64,000 nt of DNA from an uncultured Nitrososphaeraceae archaeon (lineage in GTDB: Archaea; Thermoproteota; Nitrososphaeria; Nitrososphaerales; Nitrososphaeraceae): the NCBI GenBank assembly GCA_963765895.1, contig CAVXZB010000047.1, forward strand, positions 32,001-96,000. Direction: 5' to 3'. A model generated the notes under the pieces. It saw only the letters and a program-made list of their open reading frames with translations. It made no database searches and was not told the origin of the DNA. This document shows, piece after piece, positions 1 through 11,154 of the stretch; position 1 is the stretch's first letter, and every line of letters begins with the position of its first letter. The position numbers were made by a program, and so were the translations under genes.

Positions 1-246
1 ATATAGATTTATTCTAATAATGACTTGCCACCAGCTATAAATGGTGGATCGTGAACGACAAAACATTATGTTTGTATAAATCTTGCGTAGTTTAAAGTTA
101 TATCATACCTATTAACATACAGGGTGGGATAAAATTATAATGTTTACAATATGCTCTAGTCGACATAAAATGATTAGATATTTCTATAACATGAAAATTC
201 TAAAGGAGACACAGAAATCCACCAAGTAGCAATAATTATAATACCA

Positions 247-441
247 ATGAAATCAATTGCGAATACGACAATAAAGTTTAAACGATTATTTGGTATATTT
301 TTTAGCGCATTTATAGTTTTTTTGGTTGTCATTTTTATTGCCATAGTAGTAGATAGAAAGTTAAGTATAGGAATAGCCATTATTCTAATTATAATACCGA
401 TTGCTATTCGATATCTCGTATATATATTAGCCAGAATTTAG
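247..441 (+). CDS. small two-helix membrane protein, hypothetical
   Basis: 64 aa ORF with two hydrophobic segments. Confidence 0.4.
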   Translation: MKSIANTTIKFKRLFGIFFSAFIVFLVVIFIAIVVDRKLSIGIAIILIIIPIAIRYLVYILARI

Positions 442-515
442 AAGTATAGAAGTTGAGAATTAGAAGCAAACTCTAGAACTGATATCTAACTCAATTGTGG
501 ACATTCCTTTTCTAA

Positions 516-707
516 TTATATTGTTGATGGAAGTTGAATCAACTCTGAAGTACAAGTTTTACCACATGTGCTACAGAAATGAATATCGCACATTAAACAT
601 CTAACTAAAATTTGGGAATTATAAATTCTAGCAAATACGAAATCATGCTTATAAAAGAAATGATTTGTCATAAAATTTCTGTCGTCATGTAATATATAAA
701 ATGCCAT
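516..707 (-). CDS. Cys/His microprotein, HDF-CxxC-x3-CxxCGK family (paralog 1)
   Basis: YKHDFVF...VRCLMCDIHFCSTCGK aligns with the ORFs at 23092 and 48182. Confidence 0.6.
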   Translation of the reverse strand: MAFYILHDDRNFMTNHFFYKHDFVFARIYNSQILVRCLMCDIHFCSTCGKTCTSELIQLPSTI

Positions 708-819
708 ACTTGGCTATTGGTTCTAGGTTCTATCCACTTTGTTGATTAACCGATTGTTGAAAATTATGTTACCTAAAAATGTGATCACTACATAAAAAAA
801 TAGTGATGCGGCGCTATAG

Positions 820-1128
820 CTATGGGTTTGGTTTAGGTAACGGCTGATTCACCGAATTTGAAGGATTTGTAGTATTTGCCGATGGTGATGGTGATGGTGT
901 AGCTGGAATGCCACATAACTTTGATTCTGTTGAATTGACAAATTTTAAGCGTGGGTTATTAGGGTTGCAAAAACTCTTCTTCTCTTCTGCGCTCATTTGT
1001 TGGGCTTGGCTTATACTAACTGTCTCAACTTGTGCAATTATTACCGTTATCGTAAGAGCCACAACAACCTTTATCACCGTGGATCGGGTTATCGTTTTAT
1101 TCATTAAGCTATACATTGAGAATATCAA
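820..1128 (-). CDS. small exported protein, hypothetical
   Basis: N-terminal hydrophobic signal/anchor, Cys pair (FCNP...LCGIP), Pro/Ser/Asn-rich tail. Confidence 0.55.
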   Translation of the reverse strand: MIFSMYSLMNKTITRSTVIKVVVALTITVIIAQVETVSISQAQQMSAEEKKSFCNPNNPRLKFVNSTESKLCGIPATPSPSPSANTTNPSNSVNQPLPKPNP

Positions 1129-1530
1129 ATATTTAAATATCTCTTGTCCAAATTACTATGATCGCATGTATCTATGGTTATTTATTAGAATTTTCTCTTT
1201 ATTTTCTTGTCCATTAATTGTAAATAGCCCACACATCCCCAGTTATTTTATGTCTTAAAAGGAAATTTAATATTGAAAAATATAGGTTCGTGGTGGTTGA
1301 CTAAGCAACAGTTTCAGCCTTTGTATCTTCAGAAGTTAAAGATAATGTGGATATGACTTGGAAATAAGTTTTGGATACAATTAACACAGTACCCAAGGAG
1401 AGTCTAAACGAAAAATGCAGTTACAATCGTTATTTCAAATTCTAATAATCACGGAAATGCCTTTAAAGTACTTCTAAACGAAACTACACCCAATCAATTA
1501 ACTAAGCTGCAAGGATCCAAAAATGGAATT

Positions 1531-1875
1531 TCATATACCTGATGTCTCTGCTTTCTCTATTTGTATAGTAACAGCATCTCCTACTCTTAGACCGGTGTCT
1601 TCGTACTCTCTCATACTCAGCTTGAACGTAGGTGATTCAGAAAGTCCCATGCCTCCCAATCCCCCTCCACCTAGTATATTTGACATCGCTTTGGGTAAAT
1701 TTTTCATCAAATCTTCTGGTGAGGTGAAAGCAAATGCTTTGGCACCAAATGGACTTTGAGGTTGTTTTTGTAACCTATCTTCACTAGAAGAGTTTGGATC
1801 AGCAAAACCAACATAAACGTAAGGGCTTCCATCTTGTGAGGCTTCAATCCTTGATACAATAAATTTTTTTTTCAT
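1531..1875 (-). CDS. conserved-looking hypothetical protein, possible Arcadin-1-like fold
   Basis: 114 aa ORF; FIVSRIEASQDGSPYVYV...GGGG...FKLSMREYEDTGLRVGDAVTIQIE pattern resembles arcadin-1 as remembered. Confidence 0.6.
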   Translation of the reverse strand: MKKKFIVSRIEASQDGSPYVYVGFADPNSSSEDRLQKQPQSPFGAKAFAFTSPEDLMKNLPKAMSNILGGGGLGGMGLSESPTFKLSMREYEDTGLRVGDAVTIQIEKAETSGI

Positions 1876-2391
1876 TTTTCTGTAACAATTATCACAAATG
1901 ACAATTGCAACTTATATATGTTGATGGGATAAATAGATTTCAATGTTTTAGGTTTAGGCATGTCTATGCTAAAGATGATCGAACAAAATCCATAATTCTT
2001 AAGATCCGCAAGTGCAAGGGTTTCTTTTCTTTCTTTTTCACCGAAAACTTGAACACGACGTGGAATACTACATATATTTTTGCACTAATCGCACAATGTT
2101 ATCATCACATAGTTAATATTCATAGTACTCTTAAAACTGTTATAAAAGATGACATACCTAATTTTTGGTATGGTCTATCGAGATTTTAGAATAGACAAAA
2201 AACCAGTCAATATAAGACAACTCGTCGTATGCTTATCTTTTTAATTTCACTCTCATCGGTTTCCTTCAATTTTTTTCCCAAGATTTGCTATTGAAGCCTC
2301 CGATTATCTGAATTTTATAAATCTACTAGGCGTAATAGTATTAATTTTTCATCATAAGTGAATGAGCGAAATCATCTAATAGAAAAAATAT

Positions 2392-2955
2392 TCATTTGGT
2401 CCATGGGGAATACGCAAGGAAATAAAATGCGGGATGGATTGATAGGCCCATTGTCTTTTCTGGACGAATCTTGATTATAATTCGCTTATGATTTGGTTTT
2501 CGATAGTAATATTTTCCGATTCCAAGATATCTTTTGGCAAGCCTTTTAAGATGCTCATCTGCACCGTCAGTTGTCTGCCCGATTACTCTTCCTTTTATTG
2601 ACACCATGTTAAATGGATTGTTCTGTTCAACAACAGATAGGGCTATTCTTTTATCATTTGTTATATGTTTATTTTTTGCTGAAGTTTCAAAGGTATTTAT
2701 TAAGATCAAATCGTCGACCATCTCTGCCCAAACTGGAGTGATGTGTGGAGAGCCATCTTTTGATAAAGTAGACAAGAAAGCCAAATTTCTACCTTTAAAA
2801 AATTGGTATACTTCTTCTTTAGTAAGTTGTGTTACACCTGCTGCTAATTCATTTGGTATAGATGTTGTTACATAACTTTCTGTTTCTATGGGAGGTACAT
2901 CAACAACCTCTACTGAAGTTGTTATTCTTCCGCTATTATCATTATCTTTTTGCAT
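2392..2955 (-). CDS. PPOX-class (pyridoxamine 5'-phosphate oxidase-like) probable F420-dependent oxidoreductase
   Basis: AFLSTLSKDGSPHITPVW, K..HITNDKRIALSV, LAKRYLG motifs. Confidence 0.85.
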   Translation of the reverse strand: MQKDNDNSGRITTSVEVVDVPPIETESYVTTSIPNELAAGVTQLTKEEVYQFFKGRNLAFLSTLSKDGSPHITPVWAEMVDDLILINTFETSAKNKHITNDKRIALSVVEQNNPFNMVSIKGRVIGQTTDGADEHLKRLAKRYLGIGKYYYRKPNHKRIIIKIRPEKTMGLSIHPAFYFLAYSPWTK

Positions 2956-4021
2956 AGTGTAAGAAGATTAGATAACTGTATGTATTAATCATTATGCTAT
3001 ATGATATTTTAATCTTATGATCTTATAATAAACTCCTAATCGGGGCGCAAAATTTGTTCTTTACGTCGTCTACGTGTAGATACCTTTATTGCATATTCAG
3101 TAAATATCTTCGAAAGCCATCAGATGACTCCTGTTGCTATAGATTTGCGGCAACAAATTCTATCTTCTCTTGAAGATATTGGTAGAAGTGTAGGAGTGAT
3201 ATTCTATGCTACATTATGACAAAATAATCTGAACAAAATATACCGTGGCCGGAATTTGAACGCATCGATAGTCCCCTTAAAGGTTATGCGAAAAAGCCTG
3301 GCTGCACGAACTAAAGAATTTGAATTTCCAATTTGTTGAAATACAAACCTGGCTAGTGTATCGTTAAGCAGCATCTGTAATAATTTAAAATATTTCTATA
3401 TAAAACAAATGAATACCTTGTTCATATTTACGTGCAAAAAGTAAATTCAATGAATTATCTCTTGAATGAATGATTTAACCTTTGTTATGGCATTTTTGTT
3501 TGTGATATGGTATTTCGGTTTGACAACAACTACAAGTGGTAACCATATCTTTGGCACAGTAGATATCATCAATATTAATAAAGTCCTAAACATTATACCT
3601 TATTAATATCTACAGATCAACCTGCAATTCTCTACTGTTAATTGAATCGACTCACTATAGCAAATAATTTATTCACTATATATAAATCAGATTGAATCAA
3701 ATATTAATAGACTAACTATCTTTAACAGATCTTGTTACCTCAGAAGCTAAATCGAAAACCGAATTACTAAATTGTTCCTCTCTTCAAGATACAATTGTAA
3801 TATAACTAAGTCGGACATATGGACATATTCTATACAGGATTATGGTAATGTAAGATATTATTATCGCATGTAGAGACTAGGTATATGATATTACAATTTC
3901 ATACAAACTACCTAAAATAAAAGGCACAACGAAACTACGGCTCATTTATTTTCAAACTATATGTAATACCAAAATGTTAAGAGATTAAAATCCAGCAGCC
4001 AGGCTTATGAAAATATATGCA

Positions 4022-4453
4022 TCATATATCTTTCAAACTCTCGGTAACATGCTTATGTTTTTGATTCCAGTGTTCAAGAAATCTAGTAATTAATGGTTGA
4101 AAATCATCAGTTTTGTAGGTCATTTTTTCTCTGGATAGTTTGCCCATATACTTTCCATATTTTATGCAAGTCCAGCACCCTATGAATGGAATAAGTGGTG
4201 CGAAATAATAGCCTGTATGTCTTCCAGTAAATCCCCATGCTTCTCCCACCAAGCAATATTTAGAATCATAGGAGAGAATTCGTCTGTCCTTGATAGTTAA
4301 CCCAACTTTAAACTTAGTAGCCCAGGTAGGGCAAACCTCATCCAAGGTAAGTGTGGAAGAGGACTGCTGCATAATTGCCCTAGGCTTTCGATGGCGCATT
4401 CCATATATTTTTGATATTATCATAAGCTCACGTCTCAAATTAGATTTATTCAT
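4022..4453 (-). CDS. hypothetical Cys/His-containing protein, possible metal binder
   Basis: YCLVGEAWGF...CWTC...FLEHWNQKH. Confidence 0.55.
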   Translation of the reverse strand: MNKSNLRRELMIISKIYGMRHRKPRAIMQQSSSTLTLDEVCPTWATKFKVGLTIKDRRILSYDSKYCLVGEAWGFTGRHTGYYFAPLIPFIGCWTCIKYGKYMGKLSREKMTYKTDDFQPLITRFLEHWNQKHKHVTESLKDI

Positions 4454-4890
4454 AAGTATAGACTATTCAACTGACTTTATTATTGTTTCATGAAATTTCC
4501 ATCATTGATAAGAAATATCGTTTTTTAGACCGCACTAAAGTAAAATTGACCACATAAACCAATTTAACCATAGTTGATGTCAAAGTATTTGCGTAAGTTC
4601 TAGCTTAATTCAGTAACAAATTACATCTACAAGTCTGTATCGTGAAGCCAGGTCGACAACTTTAATTATCTAATAAACCCTGCTTTGATCAACAATAATT
4701 CACTATTTTCTTCATCGTATGTTTTAGGAATATCAAACAAGATCACGAAAAGTCACTGGACAATATATCCAACTTTAACATGATGAATCAAAAAGTGTAG
4801 CAAGTTCTTCTTAAATCAGCTTTAGGTTAATATATTGTGTCTTACACTACCGGTGATTTGCCATGTGCTTATATTACTAAAAGTTATTTA

Positions 4891-6075
4891 TTAAACAGAA
4901 TGTACAAAACTAGTCGCCTTCTCGTGAAGAATTTTTGCAAATTGGTGTATATCAATATCTTTGAAAGGACTGATTTTTTTTAATGGAAACAGATCCTGTC
5001 CTTCATCCAATATTCCTCTTCCACGAAGGTCTTCAATAATTTTTTCTCTCAACTTTGGAGGACAGATCTTGCTATTATATACGCAACTAAGTGATCCATT
5101 AAACATCTCTTTAAGATGATCGTCGCCTTTTTCTTCATGAAAATGGGGATTCCTTGTTTCGACCTGCATTATTTCTACACCTTTGTCCATAGCATCATAG
5201 TTTTCCGTAGGCAATATACCTCCAAATTCCTCTAATATATTTACAATTTCATATGGTTCTACTGAAAAACCTGAAGAGTATGTTAACAGCTCGGCTAATT
5301 TAATTGACATACAATGTTCACCTGAATTTCCGGTACGCATAACTTCAGTCTCAAATCCAGTATAGTAAGATACTAATGAATTTAGGTACTGGTTTGTTAT
5401 TTCTGACACTCTTCCCCACTTCGAAAAATACAATCCACTCTCGGAAACCTTAGGCTTATAGATCCAGGATATCCGAACCATAGTATATGGTGAGTTGGAC
5501 ATCGCAATACCTGACGTAAATATTTTTACATATTCGTTCACAGCTCCTGGTACATAATTATCTGCGTCGATAAAACCGACATAATCCTTTCCTGCCATCT
5601 TGGCCAGAAGCATCCCAGTTATCATTCCTTCTGCTTTACCATTTCTAACAATATCATCTGGACCAAATATTGTGGTATGGCCAACTTGTTTCAGAGCTTC
5701 CGATAGACCTAAATCTTTTTGATGTAATATTATAGCATTTTTTCCTACAAATCTATTAAACTGTTCGAGGGCTTCTTTTTCTAGTTTGTATCTATCTACG
5801 GGCTGCCTTGGACTATTAGATACAATGATAGTCAGACAATCATGAGGAATTCCGCTTAATACCCCTTCCAAGAGCTTTAGACGCTCACCTTTGATCGGTA
5901 TAACTATTGCCATCTTTTTTTCGATTTCCGAGATTTCCTCGTTTCCAATGCTTTGAACTGTTTCAGAAGCCGTCCTACCATTATTGAATCCAGAATCTAA
6001 CTCATATACACGTTGAACTCCATGAAGGCTTATAGCTCCAAATCTCTCGGTATATCTTGGAAGGTCCAGTTTCAT
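4891..6075 (-). CDS. mpgS: mannosyl-3-phosphoglycerate synthase
   Basis: Likely start MKLDLPRYTERFG at 6075; GVLSGIPH, RNGKAEGM, GFIDADNYVPGAVNEY, WGRVSE and TRNPHFHE motifs of the GT55 family. Confidence 0.92.
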   Translation of the reverse strand: MKLDLPRYTERFGAISLHGVQRVYELDSGFNNGRTASETVQSIGNEEISEIEKKMAIVIPIKGERLKLLEGVLSGIPHDCLTIIVSNSPRQPVDRYKLEKEALEQFNRFVGKNAIILHQKDLGLSEALKQVGHTTIFGPDDIVRNGKAEGMITGMLLAKMAGKDYVGFIDADNYVPGAVNEYVKIFTSGIAMSNSPYTMVRISWIYKPKVSESGLYFSKWGRVSEITNQYLNSLVSYYTGFETEVMRTGNSGEHCMSIKLAELLTYSSGFSVEPYEIVNILEEFGGILPTENYDAMDKGVEIMQVETRNPHFHEEKGDDHLKEMFNGSLSCVYNSKICPPKLREKIIEDLRGRGILDEGQDLFPLKKISPFKDIDIHQFAKILHEKATSFVHSV

Positions 6076-6247
6076 ACCTTTAGAAGTGTTATAACTGCTT
6101 ATAACTATTAGGCGACAAAATATGAATTCGCATATAACAATCTCACCAGCAAGTAGCAACATAGTGTAAAATATACGATCAGAAATTTTGGCTTTCTAAA
6201 TATACAAAAAATGAAGCGATTAAGTTACTGTCTGTCCGTCTGTCTGC

Positions 6248-8449
6248 TTATTCCTTGTCTATGAATTCATCTGGGGTTGGAGGCTCCGGATTTAAGCCCT
6301 TTCTTTTTCTTATCTCTACTATCAAGTTTTTGAATATCGATTGTGGAACAGGCTGCCATGTCTTAAAATATGTATTCCACATAGCCTTACCCGCAGTACC
6401 TCCTCGCATGACTTCTGATAGATCAAATGTTTCAGATGCTGGGACTTCTCCTTGAATGATTGAAATAACTCCTTTTTGTTCCACGTTCAAAAGTTTACCT
6501 CGCTTACCAGATAATATGCCAGCTACAACACCGATTTGTTCTTGCGGGCATTTGATCTCAATGCCGAGCAATGGTTCGAGCAGAACTGGATCTGCAATTA
6601 ATATAGAGCCTAGCATAGCCCTTCTAGTTGCAGGCATTAATTGTGCCAGACCTCTGTGAGCTGGGTCTTCGTGCGGTACAAAGTGATGCAATACAAACTT
6701 TACGCCCCTTACAGACTCATGTGCAATAGGGCCTGAATGAAGTACATCATCGAAACCAGATTTGATAGAGTCCATTGATTCTTGGATAAACTGTACACCT
6801 TTAGTTTCATCAAGTAATATGTTCCCGCTTACATCTAACGCAGCAACACTTCTAGCTTCATCTGCAGGCCAACCCTTTTCTCTAAGAATTTTTGCCATTT
6901 CTTTTTTATCCATGTCTTCTTTTACATGTCCGGATCTAATCAAATCGACTATATTTTCATCAAGAGGCTCTACCCGCATGAAAATTTTATTATGCTTGTT
7001 TGGTGATTTGCTCATTATCGGTCCAGCTTTGGAACGTATAGTTTCTCGATAATTTATTAATGGTTGTGTAGTTGTTATGTCAAGACCTGCTTCTTGTAGT
7101 AACGAAGTAGCAATTTCGAGATGCAATACCCCCATTCCTGCCATTAGTGTCTCACCAGTTTCTTCGTTAATCTTAACGATCAAATTTGGATCCTCTACAG
7201 TAATCCTTCGTAAGGCTTCAACCAACTTAGGCAAATCTTTTGGATGTTTTGGTTCTACAGCAATTGTAACTACTGGCTCTGAAACATATTTGATTGATTC
7301 AAATGCAGGAATACTTTTTACAGTAGAAATGGTCTCACCAGCAACTGCATAATCGAGTCCGAGTAGCGCTGGGATATTCCCTGCTGGTAACATATTTACT
7401 ACTTCTCTAGTATTACCCATGTATATGTTCACTGATTGAACCTTTCCTAGTCGCTTAGCATCAATTAGACGTATTTCATCACCATCCTTAATCGTACCCG
7501 AGAAAAGTCGACCTGTCGCCACTCTTCCAGCCTGTGGATCTACGTTTATTGTTGTTACCATCATAGTTACCGGACCGCTTTCGTCGCACGAAAGAAGAGA
7601 CTTACCAATTTCTGAATCTAGATCACCTGGCCAAATCTTTGGTATTCTATACTTTTGAGCTACGTGTGGCGGAGGATGATGCTGTACAACCATCCCTAAA
7701 ACTGCTTCATGTAATGGAGCTCTTTCCGCGAGTGTTTTTATTGCATTGGGATCACTAGATGTATAGGCATCATAAACATCCTTGAAACTAACCGCTTTTT
7801 TCTGGGCAACTTTATAATTAAAACCCCATCTATCTTTTGCTGATCCGAATGCAACACTATTTCCTTGTATGCTAACTTTCCATACTTCCTTCTGTTCAGG
7901 CTCTGCGTAAATGTCAATTAGCCTATTGAATTCAGCAATTATGTTTGAAAGCCACTTCTGCATTTCAGCTGGATTTAATCTTAATTCTTTTACTAACCTG
8001 TCAATTTTATTTATGTATAAAACCGGCCTTACTCTTTCCTCAAGCGCCTGCCTTGTTACAGTCTCTGTCTGAGTCATAATACCTTCAACAGAATCTGATA
8101 CGACTACGACGCCATCAATTGCCCGAAGTGCTCTGGTAACTCTTCCTGTAAAATCAATGTGTCCAGGAGTGTCAATCATGTTAATCACATATTCCTTTCC
8201 CTCACTTTCGTAGAATAATGTAACATTTGCACCACGGATTGTCATCTGTCTGTTCTGTTCAAGTTTCATCGAGTCTAATGCAAGCGCTTGCCCTGCAACT
8301 GAAGGAGAAATTATACCGGATGCTGCTAAAAGACTATCACTCATCGTTGTCTTACCATGATCAACGTGTGCAATGACACCAAAATTACGAATTTGGTCTT
8401 TGTTCCCAACAATTCTAATGATATCCTGTGTCGATTTAAATTTAGGCAT
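6248..8449 (-). CDS. fusA: archaeal translation elongation factor EF-2
   Basis: AHVDHGKTT, DTPGH and NKID G-domain motifs; diphthamide loop HEDPAHRG; 733 aa. Confidence 0.98.
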   Translation of the reverse strand: MPKFKSTQDIIRIVGNKDQIRNFGVIAHVDHGKTTMSDSLLAASGIISPSVAGQALALDSMKLEQNRQMTIRGANVTLFYESEGKEYVINMIDTPGHIDFTGRVTRALRAIDGVVVVSDSVEGIMTQTETVTRQALEERVRPVLYINKIDRLVKELRLNPAEMQKWLSNIIAEFNRLIDIYAEPEQKEVWKVSIQGNSVAFGSAKDRWGFNYKVAQKKAVSFKDVYDAYTSSDPNAIKTLAERAPLHEAVLGMVVQHHPPPHVAQKYRIPKIWPGDLDSEIGKSLLSCDESGPVTMMVTTINVDPQAGRVATGRLFSGTIKDGDEIRLIDAKRLGKVQSVNIYMGNTREVVNMLPAGNIPALLGLDYAVAGETISTVKSIPAFESIKYVSEPVVTIAVEPKHPKDLPKLVEALRRITVEDPNLIVKINEETGETLMAGMGVLHLEIATSLLQEAGLDITTTQPLINYRETIRSKAGPIMSKSPNKHNKIFMRVEPLDENIVDLIRSGHVKEDMDKKEMAKILREKGWPADEARSVAALDVSGNILLDETKGVQFIQESMDSIKSGFDDVLHSGPIAHESVRGVKFVLHHFVPHEDPAHRGLAQLMPATRRAMLGSILIADPVLLEPLLGIEIKCPQEQIGVVAGILSGKRGKLLNVEQKGVISIIQGEVPASETFDLSEVMRGGTAGKAMWNTYFKTWQPVPQSIFKNLIVEIRKRKGLNPEPPTPDEFIDKE

Positions 8450-8746
8450 TCAATCGGAAAAATTTTCGCTGGAGGTTTATTAAACGTTCCTTATTAACAA
8501 GAAAGGCATGTATTATATGTGCTATAATAAACCATACAATTATGACAATTACTCGATAATGGTATTAATAATCATGAGAGTTTGCATGTTGTTTATAACA
8601 AGGTTAGATTACATAATTCCAACTAAAGTTTATCAGTGGGTATTGGGTATATTTAACCATACTTAATCATCATCGCCTTAACGATTAATATGACAATGTT
8701 TATATATTATCTCTGATCCTTATCTTAAAGATTTAGACTACATTAA

Positions 8747-9487
8747 ATGTATGATTATACAATATACCTATCTGAAATATCAGAATATAAACAACTAAAA
8801 CTTGAAGAAGTTGAGAGATCCTTATTATTTAGAGTTATAAATACGTATGAATCTTCGGCCTATAAGATAGCATCTCATATTAGAATAAAACGTCTCTCAT
8901 CGCAATACAAATCTGAATTTCCTATTATGAAACGACTGCAAGAATATAAGTTTATTAGTGAAGTGCAACAGCCATCACTTCTCCGTGATTCAATATATTA
9001 TAAGTTAACCACTTTCGGACTATTTTATATCTTTTCTAATACACTGAACTATCCACCACAGCTATTGGTATATCATCCAGATAGCTCAATACTAAAAGCC
9101 CTGCTCTTTCAATATCTACAGCCCAACACAATTAGACAGTGTACTGGTCGATTCTATGCAACCATAACTCAGTATTTAAATGACTGTTGTAGAATAACTA
9201 TAAATGGTCTAACTAAATCCAAATTGCTCGGTAATATAGAACAAGGTCTAGTACAAATAGAGCAGAATCTGAGACAGGAAGCTAAAATTTTAGTGATTAA
9301 ATTAACGATAATGTACAACGAATCAAATCTATTAGCTGGCAGTCCTGACACAACAGATGAAAATGCAAGGCTTTCATTGTACGAGCTAGAAAGTAACATG
9401 AAAACAATACTATCAAAAGATAATAGATTCTTAGAATTTTTAGAAATAATCTATAGAGAAGTTAGCGAAACTCTTTCAGGACTCTGA
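8747..9487 (+). CDS. hypothetical protein with possible N-terminal winged helix
   Basis: SAYKIASHI...MKRLQEYKFISEV...YYKLTTFGLFY wHTH-like pattern. Confidence 0.6.
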   Translation: MYDYTIYLSEISEYKQLKLEEVERSLLFRVINTYESSAYKIASHIRIKRLSSQYKSEFPIMKRLQEYKFISEVQQPSLLRDSIYYKLTTFGLFYIFSNTLNYPPQLLVYHPDSSILKALLFQYLQPNTIRQCTGRFYATITQYLNDCCRITINGLTKSKLLGNIEQGLVQIEQNLRQEAKILVIKLTIMYNESNLLAGSPDTTDENARLSLYELESNMKTILSKDNRFLEFLEIIYREVSETLSGL

Positions 9488-9681
9488 TAGGAATACTTGG
9501 GATTATTCGTCAATACTATTGTTAATTATTTGTGACGAGATTTAAGAAATCATTCATAATTATACAATATAAGATTGGTCAGCAGTTAACTGGTTTGCAA
9601 TAATATATATTAAGGATAGAATTTGAAGCAAGGAAAATAATATTTTACCATAATTAAGGCAATTCTCAATTAGCAATATCG

Positions 9682-10947
9682 TTACACAATATTGGATTCA
9701 TTCCTCATAGATCTCTGTATCATTATGACGAAAGTGAATATGGCCGCTACTACTAACCATCCGGATAGTCCAAAAAAGTATGACAATATGCGATGCAAAT
9801 TCAAAACATACTCCGAAGAAGATGATGACGGTTGGCCAAGAAGGAGATCTCCAGCTGCTCGCATACATAAAGATATAATAATCAAAATTAGAGGAATTTT
9901 ATTGAAGTTAGTAAAATGTATTATTTTTCCAATTATTGGAGGAAGCATAAGCGGCAAGTATAATGCTATGGTGAGCCCAATGAATCCTATGGCTATGATG
10001 TGAATCGCAAGGTCATAAAAAATATAGTATGGACCAACTAAAAAAAATAATAATGCTATTGTACTACCTAGAAGAAGAAACATAAAAGATAACCTAATGT
10101 GAACGACGATAAAGTTATAACGAGCCTTTTTTTCTCCACTAATAAGAAGTAGAATCTCACTATTATCAAATCCTCCAAATGCATAAACCGCAATAGCAAA
10201 TATCAAAACAGATGCAAAAAATGTAAAATTAAAAACCATCGAAAGTGACAATGTATTTAGGAAGATTAAAGATGCAAGACCAGAAATGATGCAGATAGAT
10301 ATCAATATGAATGAAATACGTGCTAAGGTTTTCCTTGGTCTTATATATCCAAGAAATGATGGTAATGTTTTATACTCAATTCCAAAAATCATGAGTGTCG
10401 GAAAAAGTAACCATAATAGAATCTGAGTTAAGGAATTTGAATATCCATTTCGCGATAGATCAATAAGGTTGACAGTTATTAAAGTAATTAGGCAAAGAGC
10501 AATAAAATAATCTGATAGCCTCAAGAGCTTAGGTCTAATTCTTAATGTCCAGAACAATAAGACTAGAAAGATTAGAATTCCAACTAACCTGGAAATCATA
10601 ATCTCCGTCGATAGATCCTTGTCACTTCCGACTGATTGTATAACCTGGAGGCTCAAAGATACAAGTATCAAAATGAATGAAACGTAGACCAACTTCACAG
10701 ACACAAGCTGCACATTTCTGAATCTTGGGATTATCATGTAACCTATTCCCATAATAAGCAACGTTAGAAAACCATCTACCTGTAACATTTTATGAAGTTG
10801 AAGTGTGCCATGTAGCCATGATGGAAGATTTATGCCGAAGATAGACATCAACCAGATTGATCCGATAAAGGATCCGATGAATAGAAGAATTATAGACGCT
10901 ATTATAAATGGCCTACTCGCGGTGCTGTAATTGATTGTCTTTGTCAA
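9682..10947 (-). CDS. polytopic membrane protein, NnrS-like
   Basis: About 12 TM segments; LHKMLQVDGFLTLLIMGIGYMIIPRF and DLAIHIIAIGFIG His motifs. Confidence 0.65.
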   Translation of the reverse strand: MTKTINYSTASRPFIIASIILLFIGSFIGSIWLMSIFGINLPSWLHGTLQLHKMLQVDGFLTLLIMGIGYMIIPRFRNVQLVSVKLVYVSFILILVSLSLQVIQSVGSDKDLSTEIMISRLVGILIFLVLLFWTLRIRPKLLRLSDYFIALCLITLITVNLIDLSRNGYSNSLTQILLWLLFPTLMIFGIEYKTLPSFLGYIRPRKTLARISFILISICIISGLASLIFLNTLSLSMVFNFTFFASVLIFAIAVYAFGGFDNSEILLLISGEKKARYNFIVVHIRLSFMFLLLGSTIALLFFLVGPYYIFYDLAIHIIAIGFIGLTIALYLPLMLPPIIGKIIHFTNFNKIPLILIIISLCMRAAGDLLLGQPSSSSSEYVLNLHRILSYFFGLSGWLVVAAIFTFVIMIQRSMRNESNIV

Positions 10948-11154
10948 AAACTGGATCCTTGTAAGAGTTCTTGTTCCAGGTCTATTTTATCCTTACAAAG
11001 GATAGGAAATTCTTTGATATGGCTCCATAGCTTTAAATGATATAAGCTTTTTCATTTTTTATCTAGCAATCCAATTTTAGCTTGATTTTCATACAAAGCA
11101 CGAACACTTTACATCGCCAATAGTTAATATGTTATGCGAGATACATGATGTAGG

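Noticed and set aside
6255-7352. Several plus-strand ORFs inside EF-2, and similar antisense ORFs over other genes
   Set aside because: Shadow frames of strong coding regions with no recognisable motifs
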